A DNA stretch of 64,000 nucleotides from a virus (Duplodnaviria; Caudoviricetes), in IMG/VR virus record IMGVR_UViG_3300020049_007737, positions 32,001 through 96,000 of that record. One strand, given 5' to 3'. Shown one piece after another: positions 1-10,557 of this stretch. Position numbers and translations under genes: made by a program. The notes under the pieces are model-generated. The model made no database searches, was not told the DNA's origin, and saw nothing but the letters and a program-made list of their open reading frames with translations. Position 1 is the stretch's first letter. Each line of letters opens with the position of its first letter.

Positions 1-1089
1 TCTCGTTCACCAGATAGAAGAATATTTTATATCAACGTTGGTTCAATTCCTCCAAATGAAGTAGAAAATTTCATGCAGAAAACAATTTCTACAATGAAAC
101 GTACTCCATTAATGGATAATCAAACAGGTGAATATAACTTAAAATACAACATGCAAAACATGTTAGAAGATTTTTATATTCCTATTAGAGGTAATGATCA
201 AACAACCAAAATTGAAACCACTCCAGGTTTAACTTATGATGGTATTCAAGACGTTACTTATTTAAGAGATAAATTATTTGCTGCTTTAAAAGTACCTAAA
301 GCGTTCATGGGTTATGAAAAAGATTTAACAGGTAAAGCAACATTAGCAGCAGAAGATATTCGTTTTGCTCGTACAATTGACCGTATACAACGTATTACCT
401 TATCTGAATTATATAAGATCGCGTTAGTACATTTATATTCACAAGGTTACACAGGTGAAGAATTAACTAATTTTGAATTAGATTTAACAACTCCATCTAT
501 TATCTATGACCAAGAGAAAATTGCATTATTAACTCAAAAGGTAGAATTAGCTAAATCAATTATGGAAGCTAAATTATTACCTACAGATTGGATTTACGAT
601 AATATATTCCACTTCAGTCAAGATCAATTTGATGAATATAGAGATTTATTAGCAGAAGATCAAAAACGTGCATTCAGATTTAACCAATTATTTGAAGAAG
701 GTAATGACCCTAAAGAAACAGGTAAATCATATGGTACACCACACGATTTAGCTACATTGTATGGTAGAGGTAGATATGATGAAGCTAGTGTACCTGATGG
801 ATATAATGAAAAAGCACCATTAGGAAGACCTGAAGAAAAAGCAACGGATAGAAATACACAAGATGATTTCTTAGGTAAAGATAGATTAGGTGCTCAAGGA
901 ATGAAAAAAGATGATAATGAATCTGATTCAATCCGTCCACAATATAAAGGTGGTTCGCCACTAGCATTAGAAGCTAAGCAAGTGTATCTTAAGAATAGAA
1001 CATTAATTGAAAGTCTAGGAAAGAAGGTATCAGTTGAAAGAGATTCAGCAGGAGAATCACTATTAGATGAATCTAATTTAAAGGAGTAA
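1..1089 (+). CDS. Portal vertex protein (T4 gp20-like), 5' truncated by window edge
   Basis: Frame is open from base 1 (SRSPDRRIFYINVGSIPP, matching the gp20 RAPERRIFYIDVGNLP motif). Also MLEDFYIPIRG, IETTPG, AAEDIRFARTIDRIQ. Lies upstream of protease/scaffold/capsid. Confidence 0.93.
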   Translation, partial: SRSPDRRIFYINVGSIPPNEVENFMQKTISTMKRTPLMDNQTGEYNLKYNMQNMLEDFYIPIRGNDQTTKIETTPGLTYDGIQDVTYLRDKLFAALKVPKAFMGYEKDLTGKATLAAEDIRFARTIDRIQRITLSELYKIALVHLYSQGYTGEELTNFELDLTTPSIIYDQEKIALLTQKVELAKSIMEAKLLPTDWIYDNIFHFSQDQFDEYRDLLAEDQKRAFRFNQLFEEGNDPKETGKSYGTPHDLATLYGRGRYDEASVPDGYNEKAPLGRPEEKATDRNTQDDFLGKDRLGAQGMKKDDNESDSIRPQYKGGSPLALEAKQVYLKNRTLIESLGKKVSVERDSAGESLLDESNLKE

Positions 1090-1122
1090 GGAATTTTATA
1101 TATTTATAACAAAATCTCAAGA

Positions 1123-1992
1123 ATGAATATTAAACACTCAAAGTACAAAAATACGGGAATCCTGTTTGAACTTTTAGTAAGACAAATAACGGCTGATACC
1201 TTATCTGGTGTTGATTCTAAAGCCACTAAAATTTTAAAGAAATACTTTGTCAAAACAGAATTAGGAAGAGAATACAAATTGTATGAAACACTTTCTAAGC
1301 ATAAAAATCTTACTGATGGTAAAGCAGAAGTAGTGATTAATTCTATTATTGAGTCTTCTAAAAACTTAAATAGAGGAGCATTAAAAAGACAAAAATATAA
1401 TATTATTAAAGAAATATCTAGTCATTATAATTTAGATGAGTTTTTTAAAACAAAATTACCTAATTATAAATCTCAGGCAGCATTATATACACTACTAGAA
1501 ATATATAACAGCGAGAATTTATCTAATCCCAATCAAATCATTGACAATAAAATTATTATTTTAGAAACATTAACAACTAAACCTGTTAGTAAACAAAAAG
1601 TAGAAGATGATTTGATGACTGAATTCCAGTCATACGATAAAGACATCAGAATTCTAACATATAAAGTAATGTTAGAAAAATTTAATGGTAAATATGAATC
1701 ATTAAATGAAAACCAAAAATCAGTATTAAAAGAATTTATTAATTCAATGGATTCAACTCCTAAATTAAAAGAATTTTATAATAATAAAATAACTGAGATT
1801 AAATCTGAGTTAAGTAAGTTAAGTAAAAAGGTTTCGGATAAAGCAATTCAAATTAAATTAACAGAAGTTAACAACATGTTAACACCATTAGGTAAGTTAT
1901 CTAAAATAGATAATGATGATTTAGTTAATTTATTACAGTATTATGCACTTTTAGAAGAACTTATTAAGGCAAATGGCCAAGTACAAATATAA
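1123..1992 (+). CDS. Hypothetical head-module protein
   Basis: 289 aa ORF between portal and protease, preceded by ATATTTATA motif at 1100-1108; no recognisable catalytic motif. Confidence 0.6.
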   Translation: MNIKHSKYKNTGILFELLVRQITADTLSGVDSKATKILKKYFVKTELGREYKLYETLSKHKNLTDGKAEVVINSIIESSKNLNRGALKRQKYNIIKEISSHYNLDEFFKTKLPNYKSQAALYTLLEIYNSENLSNPNQIIDNKIIILETLTTKPVSKQKVEDDLMTEFQSYDKDIRILTYKVMLEKFNGKYESLNENQKSVLKEFINSMDSTPKLKEFYNNKITEIKSELSKLSKKVSDKAIQIKLTEVNNMLTPLGKLSKIDNDDLVNLLQYYALLEELIKANGQVQI

Positions 1993-2533
1993 ATTAAAAG
2001 AAGAATCAACTATTTCCTCTAATTCTGGATTTGTTTCTGGAGGTGAAGGAGAGAATCACAATGGTCCTTCTCCAAGAAAATCAACTTACGGCGCTTATAA
2101 ACAAGCAGGATATAAAAAAGTAGCAGAAGGTCCTGGTGCATCATTAGGTCCTGGTCCGGATGCTGGTCCTGAAGGTGTTAAAGATAATGTATATGTTAAA
2201 AAATTTAAATATAAATTAGTTGATCGTCCTGCTCTAAATAAAGCAGCAAAAGGTATTGAAGTAAAATCATTATGGGAAGCTAATACAGATGTAGATTCTT
2301 TCTTACAAGATAATGAAACTAATAACCCTGATAATAAAAAATTTATAGCTTCACGTGTTTTAGGATTTGATGAATTAGAAACAAAATTAAATCAATTAAT
2401 TCCTTTATTACAACAAGCAAAACACAAAACAATGGATTATTACAGACAAAATCCTGGTACATTTAACGTGTTGTATAGTACTGATATAGCAAATGATTAT
2501 TTGAATGACCTAATAGAATTATTTAAAGACTAA
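1973..2533 (+). CDS. Hypothetical head-module protein
   Basis: 186 aa ORF overlapping the upstream stop; Gly/Pro-rich segments and several L/V-x-E sites. Confidence 0.55.
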   Translation: MAKYKYKLKEESTISSNSGFVSGGEGENHNGPSPRKSTYGAYKQAGYKKVAEGPGASLGPGPDAGPEGVKDNVYVKKFKYKLVDRPALNKAAKGIEVKSLWEANTDVDSFLQDNETNNPDNKKFIASRVLGFDELETKLNQLIPLLQQAKHKTMDYYRQNPGTFNVLYSTDIANDYLNDLIELFKD

Positions 2534-2865
2534 TGGCAACATATAATTTCAATATTACAGCAAGCTCAGTTCAACAACCAGCAAACATTGGTGCAGGGGT
2601 TTCTACTGTATTTGCAATAGCGAATCCATTAACAACAGATGCTTATTTTACTTTAGAAACAGTACCTAATGCTGATGGAGCTTATACTACATCTACTGTA
2701 AAAAACACATCAGGTTCATTTACATTAGGAACAGGTTTAAGAGAATTAATCCAATCAGATTATATAACATCAGTTATAGTAGCTCCAGGTGGCGGAAATT
2801 TAACATTTGTACCAGCAGTAGCAATTACAGCAACTAATTTGAATTTAAGAGGAATTGGAGCATAA
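2533..2865 (+). CDS. Small beta-rich putative virion protein
   Basis: 110 aa, Thr/Ala/Gly-rich, TAATG-coupled to the upstream gene. Confidence 0.5.
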   Translation: MATYNFNITASSVQQPANIGAGVSTVFAIANPLTTDAYFTLETVPNADGAYTTSTVKNTSGSFTLGTGLRELIQSDYITSVIVAPGGGNLTFVPAVAITATNLNLRGIGA

Positions 2866-2886
2866 AAAATACATATTTATAACAAA

Positions 2887-4284
2887 ATGAAAACATTACA
2901 ACAACAATATTTACTTATTAAAGAAGGCAAAGGTAATAAAGACTACTTCTTAAAACAAGCAAGAAATTTATTCCCTGACTTTATAACTTCAGGTAATGAT
3001 TATAATTCAGCAACACAAATCTTAAAAGGCAAAGGCATTTTAAGTGAAGGTATTGGAGGTATTGCAACACTTAATCCTAATTCTAAGCCTGATTGGTTTA
3101 AAATTTTTGATACTAACTTAAGAGAAGCTGTAGGTGTTAAAAACACTAAAGAATATGGTGATCAAAATGAATTTGAAAAAGTAGATAAAGAAGTTCAAGA
3201 TGCTTTAGATCATAACTTTGATAATAAAGATGAGAAAAACATCGATAACGTTTACGGTCAATCATTCTTAATGGGATACTACACTGAAATGAAAGATCCT
3301 AAAAACGCTGATAAAACCGTTGATGAATTAAAACAAATTGTATTAAAAAACATGGTTAAAGATGTTACTTATTACAATACAAAAGCATCATTTGGTGTTA
3401 AAGATATCGGATATACAAAAGACGTAGTTGGTGGTGGAGACCCTGTAGCACCTAAAGGCAAATACAAATCATCAGGATATGGTGATATGCCTAAAGCTAA
3501 AGTTGTTAAAGAAGGAATAAACGAATCTATGGATTTTTCAGCTAAAGATCAAAAAGATTGGAGTGAGAAAAAAAGTAAAATGTATGATATTTGGGCTAAT
3601 AAATCTAATGAATTAATTGACTTAAAAGATGATTTGAAAAAAGCTAAAAGTAGAAATGATAAAGATGAAATAAAAATAATTAATAATAAGATTTCACAAA
3701 AGCAAATAGCTATAAAAACTGCAAAAGAAGAATTTCAAAAATTATCTGAATCTTTAAACGAAGCTAAAAAACCAAATATTCATACTCGTATCAAAGATTT
3801 GGAAAAACAAAACGAAGTATTAGCATTAGAATCTAAAATTACAGCATTAGAAGAAGCAATTAATGAATTAAATCAGAAAATATCATTATCTGAATCTGAT
3901 GATTTAGCTGAAATGATGGATCCTAAAAAAATCACTGAACTTAAAAAAGATATTAAAGTACTTGAAAAATATAAAGTAACTTGTGAGAAAAAATTATCAA
4001 AATTAGGTGGCAAAAAAGCTGTAGTTGATAATGAAGAAATAAAAGAAAATACATCTTCAGTAGGTAAAAATTATCCTGGGACTTTAACAGCAGAATTTGA
4101 CGGAGAAGAACAAACATTAGACGGTCAAGATTTACATGATTTTTTAACAACAATAATTACTGTTGCTAATAATGAAGATGATTTCATAAGCAAAGTTGAA
4201 TTTGGTTTAACAAACACTAACAGTAAATTAGGTGACGAAGATGTAGAAGCTTTAAAAAACTGGTACAACGCTAATAAAGAATAA
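2887..4284 (+). CDS. Charged coiled-coil protein, putative prohead core/internal protein
   Basis: 465 aa, K/E-rich, many I/L/V-x-E sites; immediately upstream of the protease; ATATTTATA at 2873. Confidence 0.55.
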   Translation: MKTLQQQYLLIKEGKGNKDYFLKQARNLFPDFITSGNDYNSATQILKGKGILSEGIGGIATLNPNSKPDWFKIFDTNLREAVGVKNTKEYGDQNEFEKVDKEVQDALDHNFDNKDEKNIDNVYGQSFLMGYYTEMKDPKNADKTVDELKQIVLKNMVKDVTYYNTKASFGVKDIGYTKDVVGGGDPVAPKGKYKSSGYGDMPKAKVVKEGINESMDFSAKDQKDWSEKKSKMYDIWANKSNELIDLKDDLKKAKSRNDKDEIKIINNKISQKQIAIKTAKEEFQKLSESLNEAKKPNIHTRIKDLEKQNEVLALESKITALEEAINELNQKISLSESDDLAEMMDPKKITELKKDIKVLEKYKVTCEKKLSKLGGKKAVVDNEEIKENTSSVGKNYPGTLTAEFDGEEQTLDGQDLHDFLTTIITVANNEDDFISKVEFGLTNTNSKLGDEDVEALKNWYNANKE

Positions 4285-4892
4285 TGAAACAAATATTAAT
4301 TGAAACAATTCCATTTAATGTATCTCCGGTACAATTAACTGAAGGTTTAAAAGCCCGTTCTGGTAATCCTTTAGTTGAAGGTATTTTAGCTACTGCCGAA
4401 GTAAAAAACGGTAATGGCAGATACTATTCTAAAGAATTATGGGAGAGAGAAATTAGTAAATACATGGATGTTGTTAATGAAAATAGAGCAACAGGTGAGT
4501 TAGATCACCCTGAATCTACAATTATTAACTTAAAAAACGTATCACATATCATCAGAGAAATCAGATGGGAAGGTGATAAAGTAATTGGTAAAATAGAAAT
4601 ATTACCAACAACTTCAGGTAACATATTAAAAGCTCTTATTGAAAACGGAGTTACAGTAGGTGTGTCATCTCGTGGAATGGGTAGTTTAAAAGAAATGAAT
4701 GAAGGTACTTTAGAAGTACAAGATGATTTTGAATTACTATGCTGGGATTTCGTTTCAACCCCATCAAACCCAGGTTCATATATGCAATTAGTAAGAGAAG
4801 GTAAGGAAAATAACGTAATAAACCCGTATATTAAGGTGAATTCATTATTAACTGAAATCTTATGCGCTAACGGTTCTTGTCCTATATTTTAA
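4284..4892 (+). CDS. Prohead core protease (T4 gp21-like)
   Basis: Motifs KNGNGRYYS, GELDHP, VSHII, GVSSRGMGSL, DFVSTPS. Confidence 0.95.
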   Translation: MKQILIETIPFNVSPVQLTEGLKARSGNPLVEGILATAEVKNGNGRYYSKELWEREISKYMDVVNENRATGELDHPESTIINLKNVSHIIREIRWEGDKVIGKIEILPTTSGNILKALIENGVTVGVSSRGMGSLKEMNEGTLEVQDDFELLCWDFVSTPSNPGSYMQLVREGKENNVINPYIKVNSLLTEILCANGSCPIF

Positions 4893-4903
4893 ACAATAAA
4901 ACT

Positions 4904-5059
4904 ATGAATACAATTAACTCTTGGAAAGCAAAAACCAAACAAAAAGACAAATTTGAAATTACAATTCGTATCTCAATGCTTACTTTATTTGAAATAAGTA
5001 TTGATTTATCTAAAAAATCATATAGCTTTATGCTATTAAATTTCGGTGTAAAATTTTAA
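4904..5059 (+). CDS. Small hypothetical protein (51 aa from ATG 4904)
   Basis: In-frame ATG after an A-rich leader; followed by a terminator. Confidence 0.5.
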   Translation: MNTINSWKAKTKQKDKFEITIRISMLTLFEISIDLSKKSYSFMLLNFGVKF

Positions 5060-5083
5060 AATAAAACGCACTGTTTTTATCTT

Positions 5084-5116
5084 GAACCCTCCCTTAAAAA
5101 AGGAGGGTTTCTTTTT
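5084..5116 (+). terminator. Rho-independent terminator
   Basis: AACCCTCC/GGAGGGTT stem followed by TCTTTTT. Confidence 0.8.
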
Positions 5117-5256
5117 CGATTTTGAAAAAGGTACATATATGTATCGAGGAATATACGGTTTATTTTATACCGTATCAATTTTAAATATTCTATTACGCTT
5201 CGATTTTATCTACAATAAGCGTATTTCCAACAAAACAATTTGAGGACAAAAAAACA

Positions 5257-6300
5257 ATGACAAACAGAGATTTGCTAAAAGAAGCAATCGCAGATGCCAA
5301 AGTAGTTAAAGAAACTGCTATCGCAAACGCAAAATTAGCTCTTGAAGAAACTTTCAACCCATTCCTAAAAGAAAGATTAGCAGCAGTGCTAGCTGAAATG
5401 GACGAAGTGGAAGAAGGTGAAGAAGAGTTAAAAGAAGAAACACATGCAGAACCAGATGAAGACAACATGGGTGGTCCTAGTGACAACGATGCTGACAACA
5501 TGGACGAAAACATGGACTTAGAAGAACTTTTAAGAGAATTAGATGAAATGGATTCATTAAATGAAGCAGAAGATCTATTAAACGATCCTGAAACAACTCC
5601 AACAGCGCATGGTAACATAGCTGAAGAAGAAGAAGTTGAAGGTGAAGATAATGATGCTGATGGTGTTCCTGACGAAATGGACGCTGACATTAACATTGAA
5701 GACATGAGTACTGAAGATCTAGAAAGCTTTATTAAAGAAGTGATCGCAGACATGGTTTCATCAGGTGAATTAGAAGCTGGTGAAGGTGAAGAAGAAGGTG
5801 AAGAAGAAATGGGTGAAGAAGGTGAAGAAGAAGGTGAAGAAAGTGAAGAAGATATCGATATCGAAGATATGGTAGCTGAAATTAAAAAATCAAAAGCCAA
5901 AAAAGAAGATAAAGATGACGACGAAAAAGAAAAGATGAAAAAAGAACTTAAAGAGGCTTATGACGCTTTAAAACTTGTTAAATCTGAATTAAACGAAGTT
6001 AACTTATTCAACGCTAAATTACTTTACACAAACAAAATCTTCAGAAACAAAAACTTATCTGAATCACAAAAGGTAAAAGTATTAGCAGCCTTTGATAAAG
6101 CTGTTAGTGTAAAAGAAGCTAAATTAGTATATGAAACATTAAGTGAAGGTTTAAAACCAACAAAAACCTCAGTTAACGAATCATTATTAGTAGGTGCTGC
6201 ATCTAAAGTATCAGGTATTGCTCCAAAGAAACCAATTCTTGAAGTAAATGATCAGGTAAATAGATGGCAGTTATTAGCTGGTATCAAAAAACAACTATAA
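5257..6300 (+). CDS. Prohead scaffold/core protein (T4 gp22-like)
   Basis: Very acidic coiled-coil 347 aa protein between protease and capsid genes; C-terminal NLFNAKLLYTNK...RWQLLAGI. Confidence 0.85.
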   Translation: MTNRDLLKEAIADAKVVKETAIANAKLALEETFNPFLKERLAAVLAEMDEVEEGEEELKEETHAEPDEDNMGGPSDNDADNMDENMDLEELLRELDEMDSLNEAEDLLNDPETTPTAHGNIAEEEEVEGEDNDADGVPDEMDADINIEDMSTEDLESFIKEVIADMVSSGELEAGEGEEEGEEEMGEEGEEEGEESEEDIDIEDMVAEIKKSKAKKEDKDDDEKEKMKKELKEAYDALKLVKSELNEVNLFNAKLLYTNKIFRNKNLSESQKVKVLAAFDKAVSVKEAKLVYETLSEGLKPTKTSVNESLLVGAASKVSGIAPKKPILEVNDQVNRWQLLAGIKKQL

Positions 6301-6331
6301 CAAAAACAAAAACAACAACAATTAATTAAAA

Positions 6332-8077
6332 ATGTCAAACGTACATCAATTATTAGAAAGCGCAGCAGGATCTTGGAAAACACTTCAAAGTGATGCGGCT
6401 AAATTAGCTTCTAAATGGACTAAAACAGGTCTATTAGAAGGCTTAACTACTGTGGACAGTAATAACATGTCCCTTTTATTAGAAAACCAAGCTAAGCAAT
6501 TAGTAACTGAACAAAACACTATTAGTTCAAATTCATCATTTGTTTCTAACGGAAACGGTGAAAACTGGGCTGGTATTGCATTACCATTGGTAAGAAAAGT
6601 ATTCGGTACTATTGTAGCTAAAGAATTCGTTTCTGTTCAACCAATGAACATGCCATCAGGTCTAGTATTCTTCTTAGATTTCCAATACGGAAACAGTAAG
6701 ACTCCATTCACTACTGGTGATTCTTTATACGGTAACAGAAATACTGCTTCTCAGTTCCCATTCTCTACTCCAGCTGCACAAGGTGGTTTATATGGTACTG
6801 GTAGATTCACTTACTCAACTAACCAATTCTCAGCATCAGCTCCTATCACAGGTGCTTTAGCAGGTGGTACTTTACCAACTGTTGCTTCAGGAACAGGTAC
6901 TGTAGTTACAGCTTCATGGGGTGAATTAAACTTTGATTCTACTTACTCAGCATCAGTAGCTGCAAACGGTATTTATAAAGTAACTTTAGCAACTGCTTCA
7001 ATCTTAACAGCATTTGATCAAGATGCAGTTCGTGGTTTTATTCCATCAGGATCAGGTGACGCAGGAACTTTTGCAGTAGCAAATTTATTACCTCAGTTCA
7101 CAACTTACAACTACACAGCTGGAACTATTAGTTTCTTCTATACAGCTTCTGCTACTTTAGCTGCTGGTTTGATTTCAGGTTCAATGACCTACTTCTACCA
7201 AAAGAATGGTAACGTAGATGGTATCCCAACTTACTCAGGTGGAAATAACTACAGTGGTTCTGGTCGTGGTGATTTCGAAGCTTCTGGTTCGTTCTCAACT
7301 CCAAACGCTGCAGGTTCTCAAATCTCTATCCCTGAGATCAACGTTAGAATGCAATCTCAAGCCATCACAGCTAAAACTAAAAAGTTAAAAGCAGTATGGA
7401 CTCCTGAATTTGCACAAGATTTAGCTGCATACCAAAACATCGACGCTGAAGCAGAATTAACTAACATCATGAGCGAATACATTTCAATGGAAATTGACTT
7501 GGAAATCTTAGACATGTTAATCGAAGACGCAGCAGCAGGTACTGAGTACTGGTCAGCTGTTTCTAACCAAACCATCTCAACTCAAGGTGCTATAGGAACT
7601 TCAGGTTACTACAACACTCAAGGTCAATGGTTCCAAACTTTAGGTACTAAAATCCAAAAGTTAAGTAACAAAATCCACCAATTAACTTTACGTGGAGGTG
7701 CTAATTTCATCGTAACTTCTCCAACAGTAGCTACTATCTTAGAATCAATCCCAGGATTTGCTTCTACAAGCAATGGTGAAGCTGATCAAATGGAATACGC
7801 TTTCGGTGTACAAAAGATTGGTACTGTAAACGGTCGTTACAAGGTTTACAAAAACCCTTACATGACTGAGAATTTGATGTTAATGGGTTACAGAGGTAGC
7901 CAGTTCCTAGAAACAGGTGCTGTATTCGCTCCGTACATTCCGTTGATCATGACTCCATTAGTGTACGATCCAGAAACTTTCACACCAAGAAAAGGTCTAT
8001 TAACTCGTTACGCTAAGAAAATGTTAAGACCTGAATTCTACGCGAAAATCTATGTTAGTGGTTTAAACACTATCTAA
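6332..8077 (+). CDS. Major capsid protein (T4 gp23-like)
   Basis: Motifs LLENQ, VSVQPMNMPSGLVFFL, AKTKKLKAVWTPEFAQDL, APYIPL, TFTPRKGLLTRYA; high-expression codon bias. Confidence 0.97.
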   Translation: MSNVHQLLESAAGSWKTLQSDAAKLASKWTKTGLLEGLTTVDSNNMSLLLENQAKQLVTEQNTISSNSSFVSNGNGENWAGIALPLVRKVFGTIVAKEFVSVQPMNMPSGLVFFLDFQYGNSKTPFTTGDSLYGNRNTASQFPFSTPAAQGGLYGTGRFTYSTNQFSASAPITGALAGGTLPTVASGTGTVVTASWGELNFDSTYSASVAANGIYKVTLATASILTAFDQDAVRGFIPSGSGDAGTFAVANLLPQFTTYNYTAGTISFFYTASATLAAGLISGSMTYFYQKNGNVDGIPTYSGGNNYSGSGRGDFEASGSFSTPNAAGSQISIPEINVRMQSQAITAKTKKLKAVWTPEFAQDLAAYQNIDAEAELTNIMSEYISMEIDLEILDMLIEDAAAGTEYWSAVSNQTISTQGAIGTSGYYNTQGQWFQTLGTKIQKLSNKIHQLTLRGGANFIVTSPTVATILESIPGFASTSNGEADQMEYAFGVQKIGTVNGRYKVYKNPYMTENLMLMGYRGSQFLETGAVFAPYIPLIMTPLVYDPETFTPRKGLLTRYAKKMLRPEFYAKIYVSGLNTI

Positions 8078-8109
8078 TATTAGATAACACTTTATAACTA
8101 AAGTTAAAG

Positions 8110-8136
8110 AACCCCACTGAAAAGTGGGGTTTTTTT
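8110..8136 (+). terminator. Rho-independent terminator after capsid gene
   Basis: AACCCCACT-GAAA-AGTGGGGTT followed by a T run. Confidence 0.88.
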
Positions 8137-8143
8137 GTCAAAT

Positions 8144-8173
8144 TTGGATAAGTAATATTAAGTTAGTATATTT
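8144..8173 (+). promoter_or_regulatory. Bacteroidota-type promoter TTGG-N19-TATATT
   Basis: One of nine identically spaced copies in the window. Confidence 0.6.
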
Positions 8174-8219
8174 AAGTAGGCCTATATGATATGTATAATT
8201 AAATAAAATAGTTTTTAAA

Positions 8220-9134
8220 ATGAAAGAAACCCCATCCCAATTAAAGGTTCCAAGTTATGTATTAAACTTCCCCTTTTCTTTAAGCACTGAAAATCCAAAC
8301 AATATTTGGATGGAAGAATTATCACCTGAAGATTTAAAAATCAACCGTCCAAAAGCATACAAACAATTTATGGATTTGTATAACTTTATTGCTGGTGGAT
8401 CTTTAGTGTATTTATTACCTTCGTATGGTGATTATCAAGATCAAGTTTATGTCGCTAACGTTGGAATTCATTTACCCCACATTAAAGACGCTAATATCGT
8501 GGTATTATCCAACTTTACTTCGGAGCCTAGACAAGGTGAAGAAATGTCTGCTAATCCATTATTTCAATTAATGAATTATACTACTCACTTGTGTCCATTT
8601 AAATGGGAAGGTGAAGCAGATTTAAAATATATTGGAGGAAATAATTACATAGGTGGTTACGGTCAACGTTCAACATTAGAAGCATACCATTGGATGGAAC
8701 AAATGTTTAATATGAACATTATTAAAGTAGAAATGGTTGAACCTTATTTATATCATTTAGATTGCTCAGTATTTCCATTAACTAACGAAAAAACATTAAT
8801 TTGTACTGAATTATTTACACCTGAGGAATTAGAAGAAATAGGTAAATATACAGAAATTATTGATATTAATGTTGATGATGCTTTTGGCGGATTAACAAAC
8901 TCAGTAAGAATGGGAAATATGGTTTTATGCGCTTCTAATATTTCAGAACTAAAACGTACTGATTCTTTATATGAACTAGAAAAACACAAGATAGATACAT
9001 TAGAAAGAATATGTGCTAACGAAGGTTTAGAACCAGTTATATTCAATTTATCAGAATATATGAAATCAGGTGCAATGTTATCATGTTGCGTGATGCATTT
9101 AAATTATGTTGATTACGATAAATCATTAATCTAA
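8220..9134 (+). CDS. Amidinotransferase / arginine deiminase / DDAH (pentein) family protein
   Basis: Motifs DQVYVAN, RQGE, WEGEAD, LYHLDC and C-terminal KSGAMLSCC carrying the catalytic Cys position. Confidence 0.85.
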   Translation: MKETPSQLKVPSYVLNFPFSLSTENPNNIWMEELSPEDLKINRPKAYKQFMDLYNFIAGGSLVYLLPSYGDYQDQVYVANVGIHLPHIKDANIVVLSNFTSEPRQGEEMSANPLFQLMNYTTHLCPFKWEGEADLKYIGGNNYIGGYGQRSTLEAYHWMEQMFNMNIIKVEMVEPYLYHLDCSVFPLTNEKTLICTELFTPEELEEIGKYTEIIDINVDDAFGGLTNSVRMGNMVLCASNISELKRTDSLYELEKHKIDTLERICANEGLEPVIFNLSEYMKSGAMLSCCVMHLNYVDYDKSLI

Positions 9135-9853
9135 TGGCTAAGACGTTAAAAGACTGGATTAAAACAGATGTAAAAAAGGCTGAAAAAATGTCTATTGAAC
9201 AATTGTCTAATCAATTTTTCTTTAGAGATCCGCTTAGAACAATGTATATTGATAATGAGCATTTTTATTCACCTGCTGATGGAACTATTTTATATCAAAA
9301 AATAATTAAAGATCCTACTGAACCAATTGTGGAAATTAAAGGTATAAATTATACCTTACAAGACGCAATGGGTGATAAAGAATATAATAAACCATCTTTA
9401 GTTGTTGGTATATTTATGTCATTTTATGACGTTCACATCAATCGTATACCTTATGGAGGTTATTTATCATATAAACCTATAGACGCGATAGAATCAACAA
9501 ACAAACCAATGTTAGCGACCGAAAAAGATATCTTTAACGGTAAAATTAATCCCGCTAACTTAGAATATTTAAAATACAATGAAAGAATGTGGAATAAAAT
9601 TTATTCCCCTTCAATAGATTATACTTATTACCTTATACAAATAGCTGACGAAGACGTAAATGTTATTGTTCCATTCACAACAGATCAAAATGATTTGTTT
9701 GCTCAAAATGAAAGATTCTCTTTAATAAGATGGGGTTCTCAAGTAGATCTTATTTTACCATTAGATGAACGATTCGATTTTGAATTATGTTTGGAAGATC
9801 ACATGCATGTTGAAGCTGGACTTGATAAACTTATTAAACTTGTAACAAAATGA
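9134..9853 (+). CDS. Phosphatidylserine decarboxylase-family pyruvoyl proenzyme
   Basis: Motifs FFRDP, SPADG, IFMSFYDVHINRIP and the IRWGSQVD self-cleavage (G-S) motif. Confidence 0.85.
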   Translation: MAKTLKDWIKTDVKKAEKMSIEQLSNQFFFRDPLRTMYIDNEHFYSPADGTILYQKIIKDPTEPIVEIKGINYTLQDAMGDKEYNKPSLVVGIFMSFYDVHINRIPYGGYLSYKPIDAIESTNKPMLATEKDIFNGKINPANLEYLKYNERMWNKIYSPSIDYTYYLIQIADEDVNVIVPFTTDQNDLFAQNERFSLIRWGSQVDLILPLDERFDFELCLEDHMHVEAGLDKLIKLVTK

Positions 9854-10536
9854 CCCAACCAAAACACGACGACGAAGTTTTTAAAAACAAAACTAAACCA
9901 AAAGGACCAATCAAATTTAAAATTGACTTAAATTCAGAACAAAAAGAAGCTAAGCAAATAATATTAGATAATCCAGTAACACTTATTAAAGGTATGGCAG
10001 GTAGTGGTAAAACATTATTAGCATGTCAAATAGCCTTAGATATGGTGTTTAAAAAAGAAATGGATAAGATTATTATTACTCGTCCTACAGTATCTAAAGA
10101 AGAAATTGGTTTCTTACCAGGTGACTTAAAAGAAAAAATGGATCCTTGGTTAGCACCTATTTATTCTAATTTATATCTTTTATATGATAAAGAAAAAATT
10201 GATAAATTGGTAGCAGATGGTCAAATTGAAATTGTACCATTTGCATTTATGAGAGGTAGAACATTTCCAAAATCATTTGTTATTGTAGACGAATGTCAAA
10301 ATATAACTCACTCACAAACTGAAATGATGTTAGGTCGTTTAGGTAAAGGTGGTAAAATTGTATTCTGTGGAGATATATCTCAGGTAGATTTAAAAAGTAA
10401 AAGAGATTCTGGTATTGGGTTTTTTGATATACTTGATGCTAGAGTTAAAGGTGTTAGAATAATTTCATTAAAGAAAAATCACCGTCACGAGATCGTAGAA
10501 GAAATTCTTAAGATTTACGAAGAAGTTAGAGACTAA
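9850..10536 (+). CDS. phoH: PhoH-family ATPase
   Basis: GMAGSGKT Walker A, IGFLPGDLKEK, FMRGRTF, DECQN, GDISQVD. Confidence 0.95.
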   Translation: MTQPKHDDEVFKNKTKPKGPIKFKIDLNSEQKEAKQIILDNPVTLIKGMAGSGKTLLACQIALDMVFKKEMDKIIITRPTVSKEEIGFLPGDLKEKMDPWLAPIYSNLYLLYDKEKIDKLVADGQIEIVPFAFMRGRTFPKSFVIVDECQNITHSQTEMMLGRLGKGGKIVFCGDISQVDLKSKRDSGIGFFDILDARVKGVRIISLKKNHRHEIVEEILKIYEEVRD

Positions 10537-10557
10537 ATATTTAGAATAATATGTGTT

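Noticed and set aside
5193-5900. 235 aa minus-strand Ser-rich ORF
   Set aside because: Antisense shadow of the Glu-rich (GAA) scaffold gene.
8220-9134. Assigning the pentein enzyme as the archaeosine (G+) synthase of the que pathway
   Set aside because: Known G+ synthases are ArcS, QueF-like or Gat-QueC, which are different folds. The gene is about 40 kb from the que cluster and coupled to the decarboxylase, so it is unsupported though not impossible.
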